Shown here in pieces: positions 46,711 to 55,915 of a DNA stretch of 64,000 nt. Made by a program: the position numbers and the translations under genes. The stretch covers positions 16,776 to 80,775 of IMG/VR virus record IMGVR_UViG_3300010885_077086, one strand, 5' to 3'. Source of the DNA: a virus. Each line of letters begins with the position of its first letter. Position 1 is the stretch's first letter. The notes below the pieces were generated by a model, which saw only the letters and a program-made list of their open reading frames with translations, was not told where the DNA came from and searched no databases.

Positions 46711-46843
46711 CCTTGCCTTCCTTCTTGTGCTTTACCTTTCTAGAAGATCCTTTCTTTATAGAAAGGATCCTGTTTCGGTGAGGGCCAGCACCAGCACCAC
46801 CGCGAAGAGAATGTGCAACAGAGATTGGATTCTTCTTTTTCAT
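46703..46843 (-). CDS. 46-aa basic peptide, ArfA-like (not in ORF track)
   Basis: Hand translation MKKKNPISVAHSLRGGAGAGPHRNRILSIKKGSSRKVKHKKEGKDD; overlaps both neighbours. Confidence 0.6.
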   Translation of the reverse strand: MKKKNPISVAHSLRGGAGAGPHRNRILSIKKGSSRKVKHKKEGKDD

Positions 46844-47130
46844 AACTTTTCCAAATTGAATTGTGCAGAATAGACCGGAGCTTCTAGCACAGGAGAGACT
46901 TCTACCTCAACAACTTCAAGTCCTAAGACAAACTCAATGCTACCCTCAACCTTCATTCTTCTTGCTTCTTTTGAAGCATTTGTTATAAATGCTTTTGCTG
47001 GGCCAACATTACCAAAAAGCTTAGTCTTTCTTCCGAATGGAAAAAACTGATTTTTATAAGCTGGAGTATAAAAGCGTCCTGACTCAGAAAAAGTCTGAGT
47101 TGGACGATGATAAATTGCATAAAGTTTCAT
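46840..47130 (-). CDS. Hypothetical protein
   Basis: 96-aa ORF in operon. Confidence 0.6.
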   Translation of the reverse strand: MKLYAIYHRPTQTFSESGRFYTPAYKNQFFPFGRKTKLFGNVGPAKAFITNASKEARRMKVEGSIEFVLGLEVVEVEVSPVLEAPVYSAQFNLEKL

Positions 47131-47133
47131 GGC

Positions 47134-47376
47134 TTACTCTTGCGATAGATTTGTCAAAAACTCAACAAGAGTAGTGACAGGCACATCAGTTGAGTTTCCA
47201 TACCTTGGTTGATGATCTGAGATCCACCTTACGTTAATGTAATCTACACCGTCATAACTCTTCATATTTGGAACTCCAGATGACATTCCAAAATGACCAT
47301 CATAATAAACTAGCCCATTCTCTGGAACCTCCTCTAGTCTAGCGATCTTCGATGTTGCAAGAAGCTTTGTAGTCAT
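47134..47376 (-). CDS. Hypothetical protein
   Basis: AGGAG RBS. Confidence 0.6.
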   Translation of the reverse strand: MTTKLLATSKIARLEEVPENGLVYYDGHFGMSSGVPNMKSYDGVDYINVRWISDHQPRYGNSTDVPVTTLVEFLTNLSQE

Positions 47377-47635
47377 AATAACTCCTAAAGGTTGAATCCT
47401 TTCCTTCTCTAACTATTGTTCCATCTTCTGAAAGAAGAAGATAATAAATTTCATACCAAGATGTCTCTTTTCCGCCAATAAGCATATTTTTTGGCTTTAG
47501 ATAGGCAACAACAGGCATTTTAACTCCAGATTTTTTCTGGAAGTTAAACTGCTCAATTAGTCCTCTGCCAGCAAAGACTTGACTTTTATCTTCGCTTGCT
47601 ACTCCAGAGCCTTTTATAAACTCTTCAAGGTTCAT
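47339..47635 (-). CDS. Hypothetical protein
   Basis: 98-aa ORF. Confidence 0.55.
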   Translation of the reverse strand: MNLEEFIKGSGVASEDKSQVFAGRGLIEQFNFQKKSGVKMPVVAYLKPKNMLIGGKETSWYEIYYLLLSEDGTIVREGKDSTFRSYYDYKASCNIEDR

Positions 47636-47870
47636 TTTTCTCTGTATTTAGCTCCCACCAAACTCGGAGCCACCAATAAAGATACTGAATCTGCTTCTCC
47701 AGCAGAACACGAAGTATAATTGATCCGCCAATACCAAGGGCAAATGCAATTGGAATGTTTAGCGGGCCATAGATTAGCCCCATAGCTCCGCCAAGGATGC
47801 CGCAGAAAATTGCGGAAACAAAGATTCTAAAGATAAATAGAGAGGTTGGCTCTGAATCACGCTGCTGCAT
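47625..47870 (-). CDS. Two-TM membrane protein
   Basis: Two Gly-rich hydrophobic helices. Confidence 0.65.
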   Translation of the reverse strand: MQQRDSEPTSLFIFRIFVSAIFCGILGGAMGLIYGPLNIPIAFALGIGGSIILRVLLEKQIQYLYWWLRVWWELNTEKNEP

Positions 47871-48402
47871 TTGTGAGACTCCTATTGTGAAGAATAAACT
47901 GACGCTGATATTCGTTAAGAAAAACGGAACCTGTAACCATTGTATTTAGGCAGGCTCCGGGGCCATTCATTTGGATAAATACTGGCTCAGAGTTGTGAAT
48001 TACCTCGGCAGGAACACCGGTATATTCGTTGCCCATAACGAGAACAGTTGGCCTGTCAAATGAGAACTGATAATCTGTTAGCTCTGTGGCTCCATCGCAA
48101 AGTTCGGCGGATACAATATTATACCCATTTTCGCGACAATGCTGTAGGAAATCATGCGGCGTAGCAAACTGAATTATCTTAACATAATCAACAGTAGTTC
48201 CAGAACGAGGCCGAAGAAATGCATGGTCAGGTACTGATCCAATAACCATTACTGACTCTGCGCCATAACAAGCTGCCGTTCTGATTAGTAGGGCCAAATT
48301 TTCATCAATCCCAAAGTTTACTGCACAAAATGAAACAGGCATAAATTTTGCGGTAGCAGACTTTTTATCATAACGCTGGCGGCGAGTTTCTGTGCGGTGC
48401 AT
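47857..48402 (-). CDS. SpoU/TrmH-family (SPOUT) RNA methyltransferase
   Basis: N.ALLIRTA.CYG, LVMGNEYTGV, IQM.G...CLN. Confidence 0.88.
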   Translation of the reverse strand: MHRTETRRQRYDKKSATAKFMPVSFCAVNFGIDENLALLIRTAACYGAESVMVIGSVPDHAFLRPRSGTTVDYVKIIQFATPHDFLQHCRENGYNIVSAELCDGATELTDYQFSFDRPTVLVMGNEYTGVPAEVIHNSEPVFIQMNGPGACLNTMVTGSVFLNEYQRQFILHNRSLTNAAA

Positions 48403-48404
48403 AC

Positions 48405-48935
48405 TTACTCCGTGTCTCGCTTATTATTGACCCACTCAACGATGGTATTGAATGGAACCTCCTTTCCAATTAGTGAATTTAGCTCTTCTTTTGCTGCATA
48501 ATTAATATCGCAATCATAGCAGGATAGGTGATCTTCAAGAAGATATGCAATCTCTGGAGCGTGAATAGAGACTACCTCAATAAGCCTCTTGTATTCCTTG
48601 CTGTCAAGATATACGTTGTCAAACATATCTGTCCCAATCACTACTGTTTTAGACTTATCATAAGTATATGTATCAATAGAAGAGAAATTTATAATGGGGG
48701 AACAGATAGTAATATTCCTCTCCCCGCACTTTGGACAAGGAGGAAGCTTAGATAGTGCCCAATCCTTTGCGTTATCCTTTGCAATCTGCCTCTCTGTGTA
48801 GTGCTTATAAGAGTCACTAAAGCGGGCATAAGCAGCAAAGAATTCTGGTTCCATTCCAGAAATATCGTCGTTACCAACGGTTGATAGAAGGTTAATTGCA
48901 CGCTTGATTTCGGCTTGATTAATAGGCATCAACAC
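48405..48935 (-). CDS. Hypothetical zinc-ribbon protein
   Basis: CPKCG, CYDC; first gene after promoter. Confidence 0.7.
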   Translation of the reverse strand: MLMPINQAEIKRAINLLSTVGNDDISGMEPEFFAAYARFSDSYKHYTERQIAKDNAKDWALSKLPPCPKCGERNITICSPIINFSSIDTYTYDKSKTVVIGTDMFDNVYLDSKEYKRLIEVVSIHAPEIAYLLEDHLSCYDCDINYAAKEELNSLIGKEVPFNTIVEWVNNKRDTE

Positions 48936-48965
48936 TCCTTGGAGGGCTACCTACTCCCTCCGCGC

Positions 48966-48995
48966 ATAATCTATTCACCGCTTGCGGCTGGTCAA
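48966..48995 (-). promoter_or_regulatory. Class-1 promoter
   Basis: TTGAC-N12-GTGAATAGATTAT. Confidence 0.78.
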
Positions 48996-49013
48996 TCGGT
49001 TTGAAAATAAAAA

Positions 49014-49295
49014 TTAAGGTTTTTCTGAGCCTTCCCAAATTGCCCAGTTTACTGCAATGAAATCTTCTAGTGCCTCTTCTTGAGTTTGGTATTTGTGATC
49101 TCTGCTTTCTGCAGTCTTTATCTGCCTAATTATTGCTTCTTCGGCAGAGCAAGAAAAATAGGTGACATCGCCACATTTGCCAGGCTCTACCCAAACAAGA
49201 TACTTGTGTAATTTACAGTTGCAATTATGCCAATCTGAGTGCCAACCGCAACCATCATCATGTTTTGGCTCTAAAACTTGTTCCATATTAACCAC
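49014..49295 (-). CDS. Hypothetical Cys/His-rich protein
   Basis: ALEDFIAVNWA C-terminal pattern. Confidence 0.6.
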   Translation of the reverse strand: MVNMEQVLEPKHDDGCGWHSDWHNCNCKLHKYLVWVEPGKCGDVTYFSCSAEEAIIRQIKTAESRDHKYQTQEEALEDFIAVNWAIWEGSEKP

Positions 49296-49672
49296 TCCGC
49301 AAATAAGGGGTACTCCATAAGCTTTTCTAATGATTCAGACTTAGAAAGAAATGTATTTGGAGAGGCAAAATCACTCAAGAATCTTGAATCATTAAAATAA
49401 AGGCTTAATGTCGTATCAAATGGACCTTGTTCTGCATAAAAAGAAAATTCTCCTATGTAATTTCTTTCATAAAAAGAAAGTACCACAAGATCTCTAGATT
49501 GTAATCCTGCAAGTGCTGGAAAGTGCTCAAATAGAACTTTTATTGAAGAGTTCTCACTAAGAAGTATTTCTCCAAGGAATCCTCTTCCATAAAAAGTGCT
49601 TGGCCTTACCGAAACAAGGTTTTTATAATCCAGAATATCTAATAATTTTTTATCAGTAAAGCTTGGTTTCAT
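49271..49672 (-). CDS. Hypothetical protein, 'W-x-L-F-N' family
   Basis: Ends LEKLMEYPLFAEWLIWNKF. Confidence 0.7.
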   Translation of the reverse strand: MKPSFTDKKLLDILDYKNLVSVRPSTFYGRGFLGEILLSENSSIKVLFEHFPALAGLQSRDLVVLSFYERNYIGEFSFYAEQGPFDTTLSLYFNDSRFLSDFASPNTFLSKSESLEKLMEYPLFAEWLIWNKF

Positions 49673-49701
49673 ATTTTTGTGGTAATTATTTTTATAATAT
49701 T

Positions 49702-50847
49702 ATGATTAACTTACTATATTTTATTTTAGCCTGCTCTGATTATGAACTAAAGCCAAATGAACCAGATCCAATTGGCGAAACCCCAGCAATAGAAGTTACT
49801 CCAGACAGTATTTTATTTTCAGAAATTCCAAATGGATCAACAGTAACTGAAAATGTAACAATAAAATCTGTTGGCGGAACTACTCTAAATGTAGTAAGCA
49901 TAGAGCTTGATTCCGGATTTAACTTTGAGCTTATAAATGTTGGTCCGGTTTCTTTGGCACCAGCAGAGGAATCTAATTTTATAGTAAAATGGATCTCAGA
50001 AGGTGTTGAGGATTCCGATTCAATCATAATAACCTCAAATGATCCTGCTAACTCTAGAGTCGTCGTTCCCATAAATGGTACTCCAGAGGAAGAGGAAATT
50101 ACTGATACAGGAGACTCTGGAACTCCAATTTCTCAACCTGTCGCAGTTTGCTCCGTTGACCCAGCAGAAGTAGAGGCTATTCACGGAACGGCAGACTGGA
50201 TTGGATCATCTTCTTATGATCCAAGCGGTGGAACAATAACAAATTATGATTGGAGCCTTATTTCTGTCCCATCAGGTTCGCCAGATTCTATGCCTAGTGG
50301 TGGAGCAAATAGAAGAAATTTCTCTCCAACGATAGTTGGTGAATATATCGGGCAGCTAATAGTAACAAGCTCAACAGGATTATCTTCAGAACCCTGTTAT
50401 GCTACACTTAGCGCAATTCCCGGTGGAAACCTTTGGATTGAAATGTTTTGGCAACATTCTGGAGACGATATGGATCTTCATCTTGTAAAACCAAGTGGAT
50501 CTCTAACATCATCTGGAGACTGTTATTATGCAAATTGCACTAGCGGAACACTTGATTGGGGTATTGCAGGAGACAGGAGGGATAATCCAATTTTAGATCT
50601 TGATGATATTCCAGGAACAGGTCCAGAGAATATTAATATTGATGCTCCAATGAATGGTCTTTATACGGTTTATGTTCATGATTATCCTGGCTCAGTATAC
50701 AGCGGAAGAAATGATGTTACCGTTAATATTTATATTGGCGGACTATTAGAGTGGACTGACACTAGGAATGTTGATTCAGAAGGATATTACTCTCCATTCT
50801 GCGAAATAGATTGGATTTCAGGATCTGGATCAGTAATTTCTTTATAA
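49702..50847 (+). CDS. Myxobacterial-type surface lipoprotein: Ig-like (choice-of-anchor D) + PKD-like + YfaP/DUF2135-like domains
   Basis: MINLLYFILA-C; IEVTP...F...I.S.G...L...I.SNDP; G..SYDP.G...Y.W; DMDLHL...CYYANC...LDLDD..G.GPENI. Confidence 0.8.
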   Translation: MINLLYFILACSDYELKPNEPDPIGETPAIEVTPDSILFSEIPNGSTVTENVTIKSVGGTTLNVVSIELDSGFNFELINVGPVSLAPAEESNFIVKWISEGVEDSDSIIITSNDPANSRVVVPINGTPEEEEITDTGDSGTPISQPVAVCSVDPAEVEAIHGTADWIGSSSYDPSGGTITNYDWSLISVPSGSPDSMPSGGANRRNFSPTIVGEYIGQLIVTSSTGLSSEPCYATLSAIPGGNLWIEMFWQHSGDDMDLHLVKPSGSLTSSGDCYYANCTSGTLDWGIAGDRRDNPILDLDDIPGTGPENINIDAPMNGLYTVYVHDYPGSVYSGRNDVTVNIYIGGLLEWTDTRNVDSEGYYSPFCEIDWISGSGSVISL

Positions 50848-51167
50848 ATTCCCTCAAATATTTCTGGATTCCAGAGAAAGAATTCAAAATCATCGGGATA
50901 TAGTCGCATAATCTTTTCTAAAAAGATATCTTTTGGATAATCAAAGAACCTATTCTGCTCATCAAAAATAGAATATACGCATTTTATTGTCCAAATTGAC
51001 CAAGATATATCGCCAGCTTCATCATAACACGTAATATCTAAATCTGGCTTATTTCCGCCAATTATCTTGGTTACACCTTCTAGAATTATAATCTTATTGA
51101 ATACGCCGCCCCTCTCCATAAGATTAAATGGAGCGTTATTCTCAAAAAAGATTATTTCTTTTTTCAT
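50787..51167 (-). CDS. Hypothetical protein, 'W-x-L-F-N' family
   Basis: FLEKIMRLYPDDFEFFLWNPEIF. Confidence 0.7.
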   Translation of the reverse strand: MKKEIIFFENNAPFNLMERGGVFNKIIILEGVTKIIGGNKPDLDITCYDEAGDISWSIWTIKCVYSIFDEQNRFFDYPKDIFLEKIMRLYPDDFEFFLWNPEIFEGIYKEITDPDPEIQSISQNGE

Positions 51168-51169
51168 TT

Positions 51170-51574
51170 CTACTTTTTTATTTTACCAAAATTTATTAGG
51201 GCTTGCCTATTAAATTCACCATACGGCCCAGCAATTAATTCTTCTGCCGTTGCCCAAACAGCATCACCTTCATCTGGGTTTTTTTGAAGCCTCTTGCAAG
51301 ACTCTTCATCTAAATCCGCAGAAAATATCCAAACAGTAAACTCATCCTTTTCGTCCTTTGCTATGAAAGGATCCAGCATATGAAGAAATACTGTCCATCC
51401 AGTTTCTTCTAAACACTCTCTGTGCGCTGTTTGATGTGGTAATTCTTCATCATCTGACTTTCCACATGGTAGAGAAACGCCAGAGCTTCCACTCTTTTTT
51501 CTTTTGAAGGCAAGATATAGGCTTGGATCATTCGGATGCTGAACCAAAACTCCTGCCGCAACCTTTTCTTCCAT
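51170..51574 (-). CDS. NUDIX hydrolase
   Basis: LPCGK...E....TAHRECLEETGW Nudix box. Confidence 0.88.
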   Translation of the reverse strand: MEEKVAAGVLVQHPNDPSLYLAFKRKKSGSSGVSLPCGKSDDEELPHQTAHRECLEETGWTVFLHMLDPFIAKDEKDEFTVWIFSADLDEESCKRLQKNPDEGDAVWATAEELIAGPYGEFNRQALINFGKIKK

Positions 51575-51589
51575 TTATATTATCCCCAT

Positions 51590-51619
51590 AAAAAGAATAG
51601 CACCATTTTGGTGCTATTC
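51590..51619 (-). terminator. Rho-independent terminator
   Basis: GAATAGCACCA/TGGTGCTATTC + T5 on the minus strand. Confidence 0.75.
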
Positions 51620-51641
51620 AATATCTTATTTTAAAAATAAA

Positions 51642-51944
51642 TTATGGTCCACAGGTATCATCGCAAAGAAGCCAAAATGCTTGGTATCTCTTTACCTTTT
51701 TTGGGTCAAATGAATGATCTTTTTTCTTATTATAAGCAATTGTTGTTTCCATATCGGCACCACCATGACTTTGCTTGTGGCCAATTACAAATCTTTCAAA
51801 TGTGTCGCCACCAGTGGTGCACTGATGTTGTGACCAATGTGGCTTCATTGCAATTTTTCTTATTATCTGATCAATCTGATCTGCTTCCTTTGTAAACCCA
51901 GCGGCATCTAACTGCTCTGCAATCTTAACTAAATTCTTTATCAT
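51642..51944 (-). CDS. Small late protein: K-x-A leader module + short C-terminal domain
   Basis: MIKNLVKIAEQLDAAGFTKEADQIDQIIRKIA; TACTAAT at 51983-51977; AGGAGAGG RBS. Confidence 0.75.
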   Translation of the reverse strand: MIKNLVKIAEQLDAAGFTKEADQIDQIIRKIAMKPHWSQHQCTTGGDTFERFVIGHKQSHGGADMETTIAYNKKKDHSFDPKKVKRYQAFWLLCDDTCGP

Positions 51945-52154
51945 AACCTCTCCTAATATCTATATTTTAAACAAAGATTAGTAGTTATTATTTTTCAGGA
52001 AAGATCTTTAAAGTAATTCTTGAAAAAAGAGTCATCCAATTAAAATAAATACGATAAAGATCCTCATCTTCTGCAACAACTTTCATTACTTTTGCAACCA
52101 TTGGATGCGGAGTAATCTTCATTGTCTTTCCAAGTTTTATTTTAAATGGCAGAA

Positions 52155-53429
52155 TCACCAAGATCCCATTAAAATATCTGGAATATCAAATCCACCGCTT
52201 TCGTTCTGGTAAAGCTCCATTATTGCCGCAACACATCTTCCTACTGCAAGACCAGATGCGTTAAGAGTATGAAGGAACTCATTCTTTCCAGATGAAGATT
52301 TATACTTAAGATTCGCACGACGAGCCTGAAAATCCCAAAATAGAGTTGCAGAGGAAATCTCTCGATAGGCTCCCTGTCCAGCCATCCAAACCTCAATGTC
52401 ATATCCCTTGTAACCGCCAAAGCCAAGGTCTGCGGTACAACGCTCAATTACTCGATATGGCAGGCCAAGAGCCTGTAATACTGACTCAGCATCAGCAGTA
52501 ATCTTTTCAAGCTCTGCCAAAGAATCAGATGGGTTACAGAAAGATACAAGCTCTACCTTATGAAACTGATGAAGTCTAATTAGACCCTTAATGTCTCGAC
52601 CAGCTGATCCTGCCTCTGCTCTAAAGCAAGGAGTAAATGCAGCATGACGAATTGGAAGTGAATCTTCTGGCAGAATAACATCACGATATAGGTTTGTAAC
52701 AGGAACTTCTGCGGTTGGAATTAGAAATGCATCTTCTCCACCCAACTTTGCAGTTACTTTGAATAGATCCTCTTCAAACTTTGGAAGCTGACCTGTTCCA
52801 GTCATTGTTGTGCGAGTTACAATGTAAGGTACTGCAACCTCAGTATAGCCTCTTGCGGTATGCCAATCAAGAAAAAAGTTTGTTAAGCGACGATCTAGCT
52901 TTGCTGCATCGCCCTTCATAACCATAAATCTTGAGCCAGAAAGCTTTGCTCCATCCTCTCCAGATAGAGTTCCTGTATTCTCTCCAATCTGATCGTGAGT
53001 TAAGGCTTTCTTTACAGCAAGATGATCTCCCCAAGACCTTACTACAGGATTGTCAGAGTCGCCCTCTCCATCTGGTGTTGAATCAGATGGAATATTTGGG
53101 ATGTGGAGTAGTAGCTCCTCTTCTTTTTCTTGAAAGTGAGAAAGAGAAGCTTCTAAATTTTGAATTCTATGCTTAAGATCTGATAGCGATGACTGCTCAG
53201 AAGCTCTTTCTTCTGGAGAAAGTCCTTTTGCCTTAAGTCCAAACTCTTTACTTCTTACATTCATTTCTGCTCTAAATTTATCTAGAATAGATTGAGTATC
53301 TTTTCTAGATCTAATTAGTATTCCAATCTCAGAAAGATATGTGGCAATTTCTTCGTTGTTGCCAACCTTTCTCTTTATTTTTGCTACCGTTGCATCGTAG
53401 TCTTTTGTAAATAGATTTTTATCTAACAT
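52155..53429 (-). CDS. serS: Seryl-tRNA synthetase
   Basis: N-terminal coiled coil, IPNIP, GTGQLPKFEEDLF, LIPTAEVP, CFRAEAGS.GRD.KGLIRLHQF.KVE, YREISS, HTLNASGLAVGR. Confidence 0.96.
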   Translation of the reverse strand: MLDKNLFTKDYDATVAKIKRKVGNNEEIATYLSEIGILIRSRKDTQSILDKFRAEMNVRSKEFGLKAKGLSPEERASEQSSLSDLKHRIQNLEASLSHFQEKEEELLLHIPNIPSDSTPDGEGDSDNPVVRSWGDHLAVKKALTHDQIGENTGTLSGEDGAKLSGSRFMVMKGDAAKLDRRLTNFFLDWHTARGYTEVAVPYIVTRTTMTGTGQLPKFEEDLFKVTAKLGGEDAFLIPTAEVPVTNLYRDVILPEDSLPIRHAAFTPCFRAEAGSAGRDIKGLIRLHQFHKVELVSFCNPSDSLAELEKITADAESVLQALGLPYRVIERCTADLGFGGYKGYDIEVWMAGQGAYREISSATLFWDFQARRANLKYKSSSGKNEFLHTLNASGLAVGRCVAAIMELYQNESGGFDIPDILMGSW

Positions 53430-53904
53430 TGGAATACTTCCTTAGAGCCTTTATTAAATTTGATATTTTCTTATTTTGAAAAAGAGAAAGCTGTTCGATT
53501 GGAACAATTGGAGATTCTATACTTGGTTCTGGCTTTTCAAAAGATTTTTTCCATCTTCTTAGATGTTCTTCTCTTTCTTTTTTTGGTAAATCTAAAAATG
53601 GTTGTATTTCATCCATTCTTAGATCAGACGGAATCTCTTCTCCGCCCCAAGTATTTGTCATTTTTATGGGAGAAAATTCTGGAATATTAGATGGTACTGC
53701 TCTAGTAATGGGAGATTCTTCTACAATCCCCCTTAACTCTTTTTTTTCTTTTTCTTTATAAAGATTCCATTGTTTTACAAGTCTATCTCTTTCTAAAGAA
53801 GATAATGCCTTAAACTCTGCTCTGGCCTTCCCCCAAATAGATGGATGATGCCGTGATGGGTCTATTTTTTTATATTCTTCCAAATACCATCGTATTAATC
53901 CCAT
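53419..53904 (-). CDS. Hypothetical late protein
   Basis: TGCTAAT upstream; internal repeat (F..L...ER..L...W); ends KKISNLIKALRK. Confidence 0.65.
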   Translation of the reverse strand: MGLIRWYLEEYKKIDPSRHHPSIWGKARAEFKALSSLERDRLVKQWNLYKEKEKKELRGIVEESPITRAVPSNIPEFSPIKMTNTWGGEEIPSDLRMDEIQPFLDLPKKEREEHLRRWKKSFEKPEPSIESPIVPIEQLSLFQNKKISNLIKALRKYSNVR

Positions 53905-53938
53905 AATATCCTCTGTTTATTAAGAGGATATTAGCAGC

Positions 53939-54241
53939 TCATACATCTTTTATGATTTCCTTCCAAGAAGATTCTGCCCACTTATGAAGAGAGCCTACAA
54001 TTCTTTTACCAAAAGAAGATGCTGGATCTAATCCAGAAAAGGCAACATAATATGGAGACTTCATCCTTCGACCATCAGCAACCTTTCTTCCAAACTCTTT
54101 GGAGAACTGATCTTTATTATGACAAAAAGAAACTCCAACTACCATAAGCAGTGATGCATCACTTTCTTTGGTTGTTACCTCATATGATAGCGTAATTGGA
54201 TGACGATGACCAGGAACTTTTACATATTGATATCGTGGCAT
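53939..54241 (-). CDS. Conserved phage hypothetical protein
   Basis: GVSFCHNKDQFSK..GR..A.GR. Confidence 0.7.
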   Translation of the reverse strand: MPRYQYVKVPGHRHPITLSYEVTTKESDASLLMVVGVSFCHNKDQFSKEFGRKVADGRRMKSPYYVAFSGLDPASSFGKRIVGSLHKWAESSWKEIIKDV

Positions 54242-54278
54242 TTTAACTCCTTTTTCTATTATTTTTTACCAAACAAAT

Positions 54279-55001
54279 ATGATTAAAAACAAAATATTTA
54301 ATTTACATGATGCTCTTATCTCAAATGGCTTTGAAAAAGAAGCCTTTGAGATAATAAAGCTTGCAGCACAAGATATTGCAGATGATCTTTTGTCAGAAGC
54401 AAGATTAAATATGGGTGTATCTGGCGCTTCTAACTGGAGAACGATAGTAAGTAAAACAAAAAGCATTTCTGTTGGAGAGATAAAATCAACACTATTGTCA
54501 CTTGGTGCAGACTTCATTAAACCATCTGGTCAGAATACTGACCATGATAAATATAGGGCCGAATCAATTATAGTTGTGGCTGATTCTTTGAAAAATAAAT
54601 CCAAATCAAGCATGATTCCATCTGAAGCCGCAGAATACTTCAATCAGACTTTCTCTCAATGTAGCGAAAGAACTTTCTTTACAGTTCAGAGGGCGGCAAA
54701 TTCATATGTTCCGGCAACTAGTTTTACTAGTAGCTTTTGGAAGTTTGTAAAGTGTCTTGCTGCTGCAAAGATAATATCTGAGTTATATCTAACATCAAAT
54801 GTGTCTATCAAGAGTCCTTCAGAAAGTCAATCAGATGATTACAAAACTATGCTTTTTGGCCTACTGTTAGAAAGAAAAGACAGAATTGAAAGAGATGCAG
54901 ATAATGCATATCAAGAGTCTGATAACGAAAGATTAATGGCACTCATTGATGAGAAAGAAGCGATTGAGTCTGAAATAAATAGCTTTTGGAGAACTATTTA
55001 G
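54279..55001 (+). CDS. Hypothetical late protein with K-x-A leader
   Basis: MIKNKIFNLHDALISNGFEKEAFEIIKLAAQ; TTCTATTA upstream. Confidence 0.7.
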   Translation: MIKNKIFNLHDALISNGFEKEAFEIIKLAAQDIADDLLSEARLNMGVSGASNWRTIVSKTKSISVGEIKSTLLSLGADFIKPSGQNTDHDKYRAESIIVVADSLKNKSKSSMIPSEAAEYFNQTFSQCSERTFFTVQRAANSYVPATSFTSSFWKFVKCLAAAKIISELYLTSNVSIKSPSESQSDDYKTMLFGLLLERKDRIERDADNAYQESDNERLMALIDEKEAIESEINSFWRTI

Positions 55002-55467
55002 CAATATAGTCAGAAATTCGCATTACAAGCTTCTTCATTTCACCCTTCTTATGACCAAGCCATTCATAGTGAGGCATACCATCAAGGTATTCTGATACGG
55101 CAGGAATCTTGCCCATATCCTCAATGATGTGGTGCTCCGCTACATCACGAACATATACTCTGTCACCGTCCGAATTACGGAATGAGGTCTGATTATCAGA
55201 GTGAGAAGAAGCAATTAGCCCTCTGATTGCAGAGATTTCATCTTCGCTCCATCCAAACTTTTCAGAAAGTGATGCCAGCTTATTTTCATCCACTCCAAAA
55301 ATCTTCTCGGCAATATATGGGCCAAGAGAATTATGAAGAATTGCCCTATGACGAATATCTGAGTAAGCCATTTTAGAAATATCAAGAAAGTTGTGAATCG
55401 GAAGATAATCCTCCGGCTCACCACCCCACTTACGAGCCGAATTTACGGCATGAATATGTGGCTTCAT
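54994..55467 (-). CDS. DUF6915-like conserved protein
   Basis: HA..SARKWGG.PEDY..IH.F.D...RHRA.LH...G...VR..AE.H..ED.G.IP. Confidence 0.75.
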   Translation of the reverse strand: MKPHIHAVNSARKWGGEPEDYLPIHNFLDISKMAYSDIRHRAILHNSLGPYIAEKIFGVDENKLASLSEKFGWSEDEISAIRGLIASSHSDNQTSFRNSDGDRVYVRDVAEHHIIEDMGKIPAVSEYLDGMPHYEWLGHKKGEMKKLVMRISDYIAK

Positions 55468-55468
55468 T

Positions 55469-55849
55469 TTAGGCCAGCAGCTCCACTTCAATTACTTCGT
55501 AGAAATTAAGGTGAAAATAGTTCATAATCTCAACAAGAATCTGATCATCAATCTCATGAGGTGGCTTCTGATAATCAAGATCCGAATCTAGAAAGTGACT
55601 CTCTAGAAAAGCCTTATAATCTTCATCTTCCTTATCGTAATCCCAGCTTGAAACATAATCACCAAGTCCGCTAGTACCCATAGCGCGCATTTCTGCTACA
55701 TTCTTTTCGTCGCAAAGCCTACTTGCAAGCTCTGGAAAGGTAAAGGCGGAGACAGGACGACTACCATCTGACTCTGGACGATAATAGCGTGAATCATCGT
55801 ACTCCCAGCCATAGCGAGAGATAACCCAAACCTTTGCAATACCGCTCAT
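55469..55849 (-). CDS. Hypothetical protein
   Basis: AGGAG RBS; WEYDD.RY; first gene after promoter. Confidence 0.7.
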   Translation of the reverse strand: MSGIAKVWVISRYGWEYDDSRYYRPESDGSRPVSAFTFPELASRLCDEKNVAEMRAMGTSGLGDYVSSWDYDKEDEDYKAFLESHFLDSDLDYQKPPHEIDDQILVEIMNYFHLNFYEVIEVELLA

Positions 55850-55885
55850 TTTATCTCCTGTGATGCGGCTATATCCACCGCACCC

Positions 55886-55915
55886 ATAATATAATCACGC
55901 TAGGCCACCTGTCAA
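55886..55915 (-). promoter_or_regulatory. Class-1 promoter
   Basis: TTGAC-N12-GTGATTATATTAT. Confidence 0.8.
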
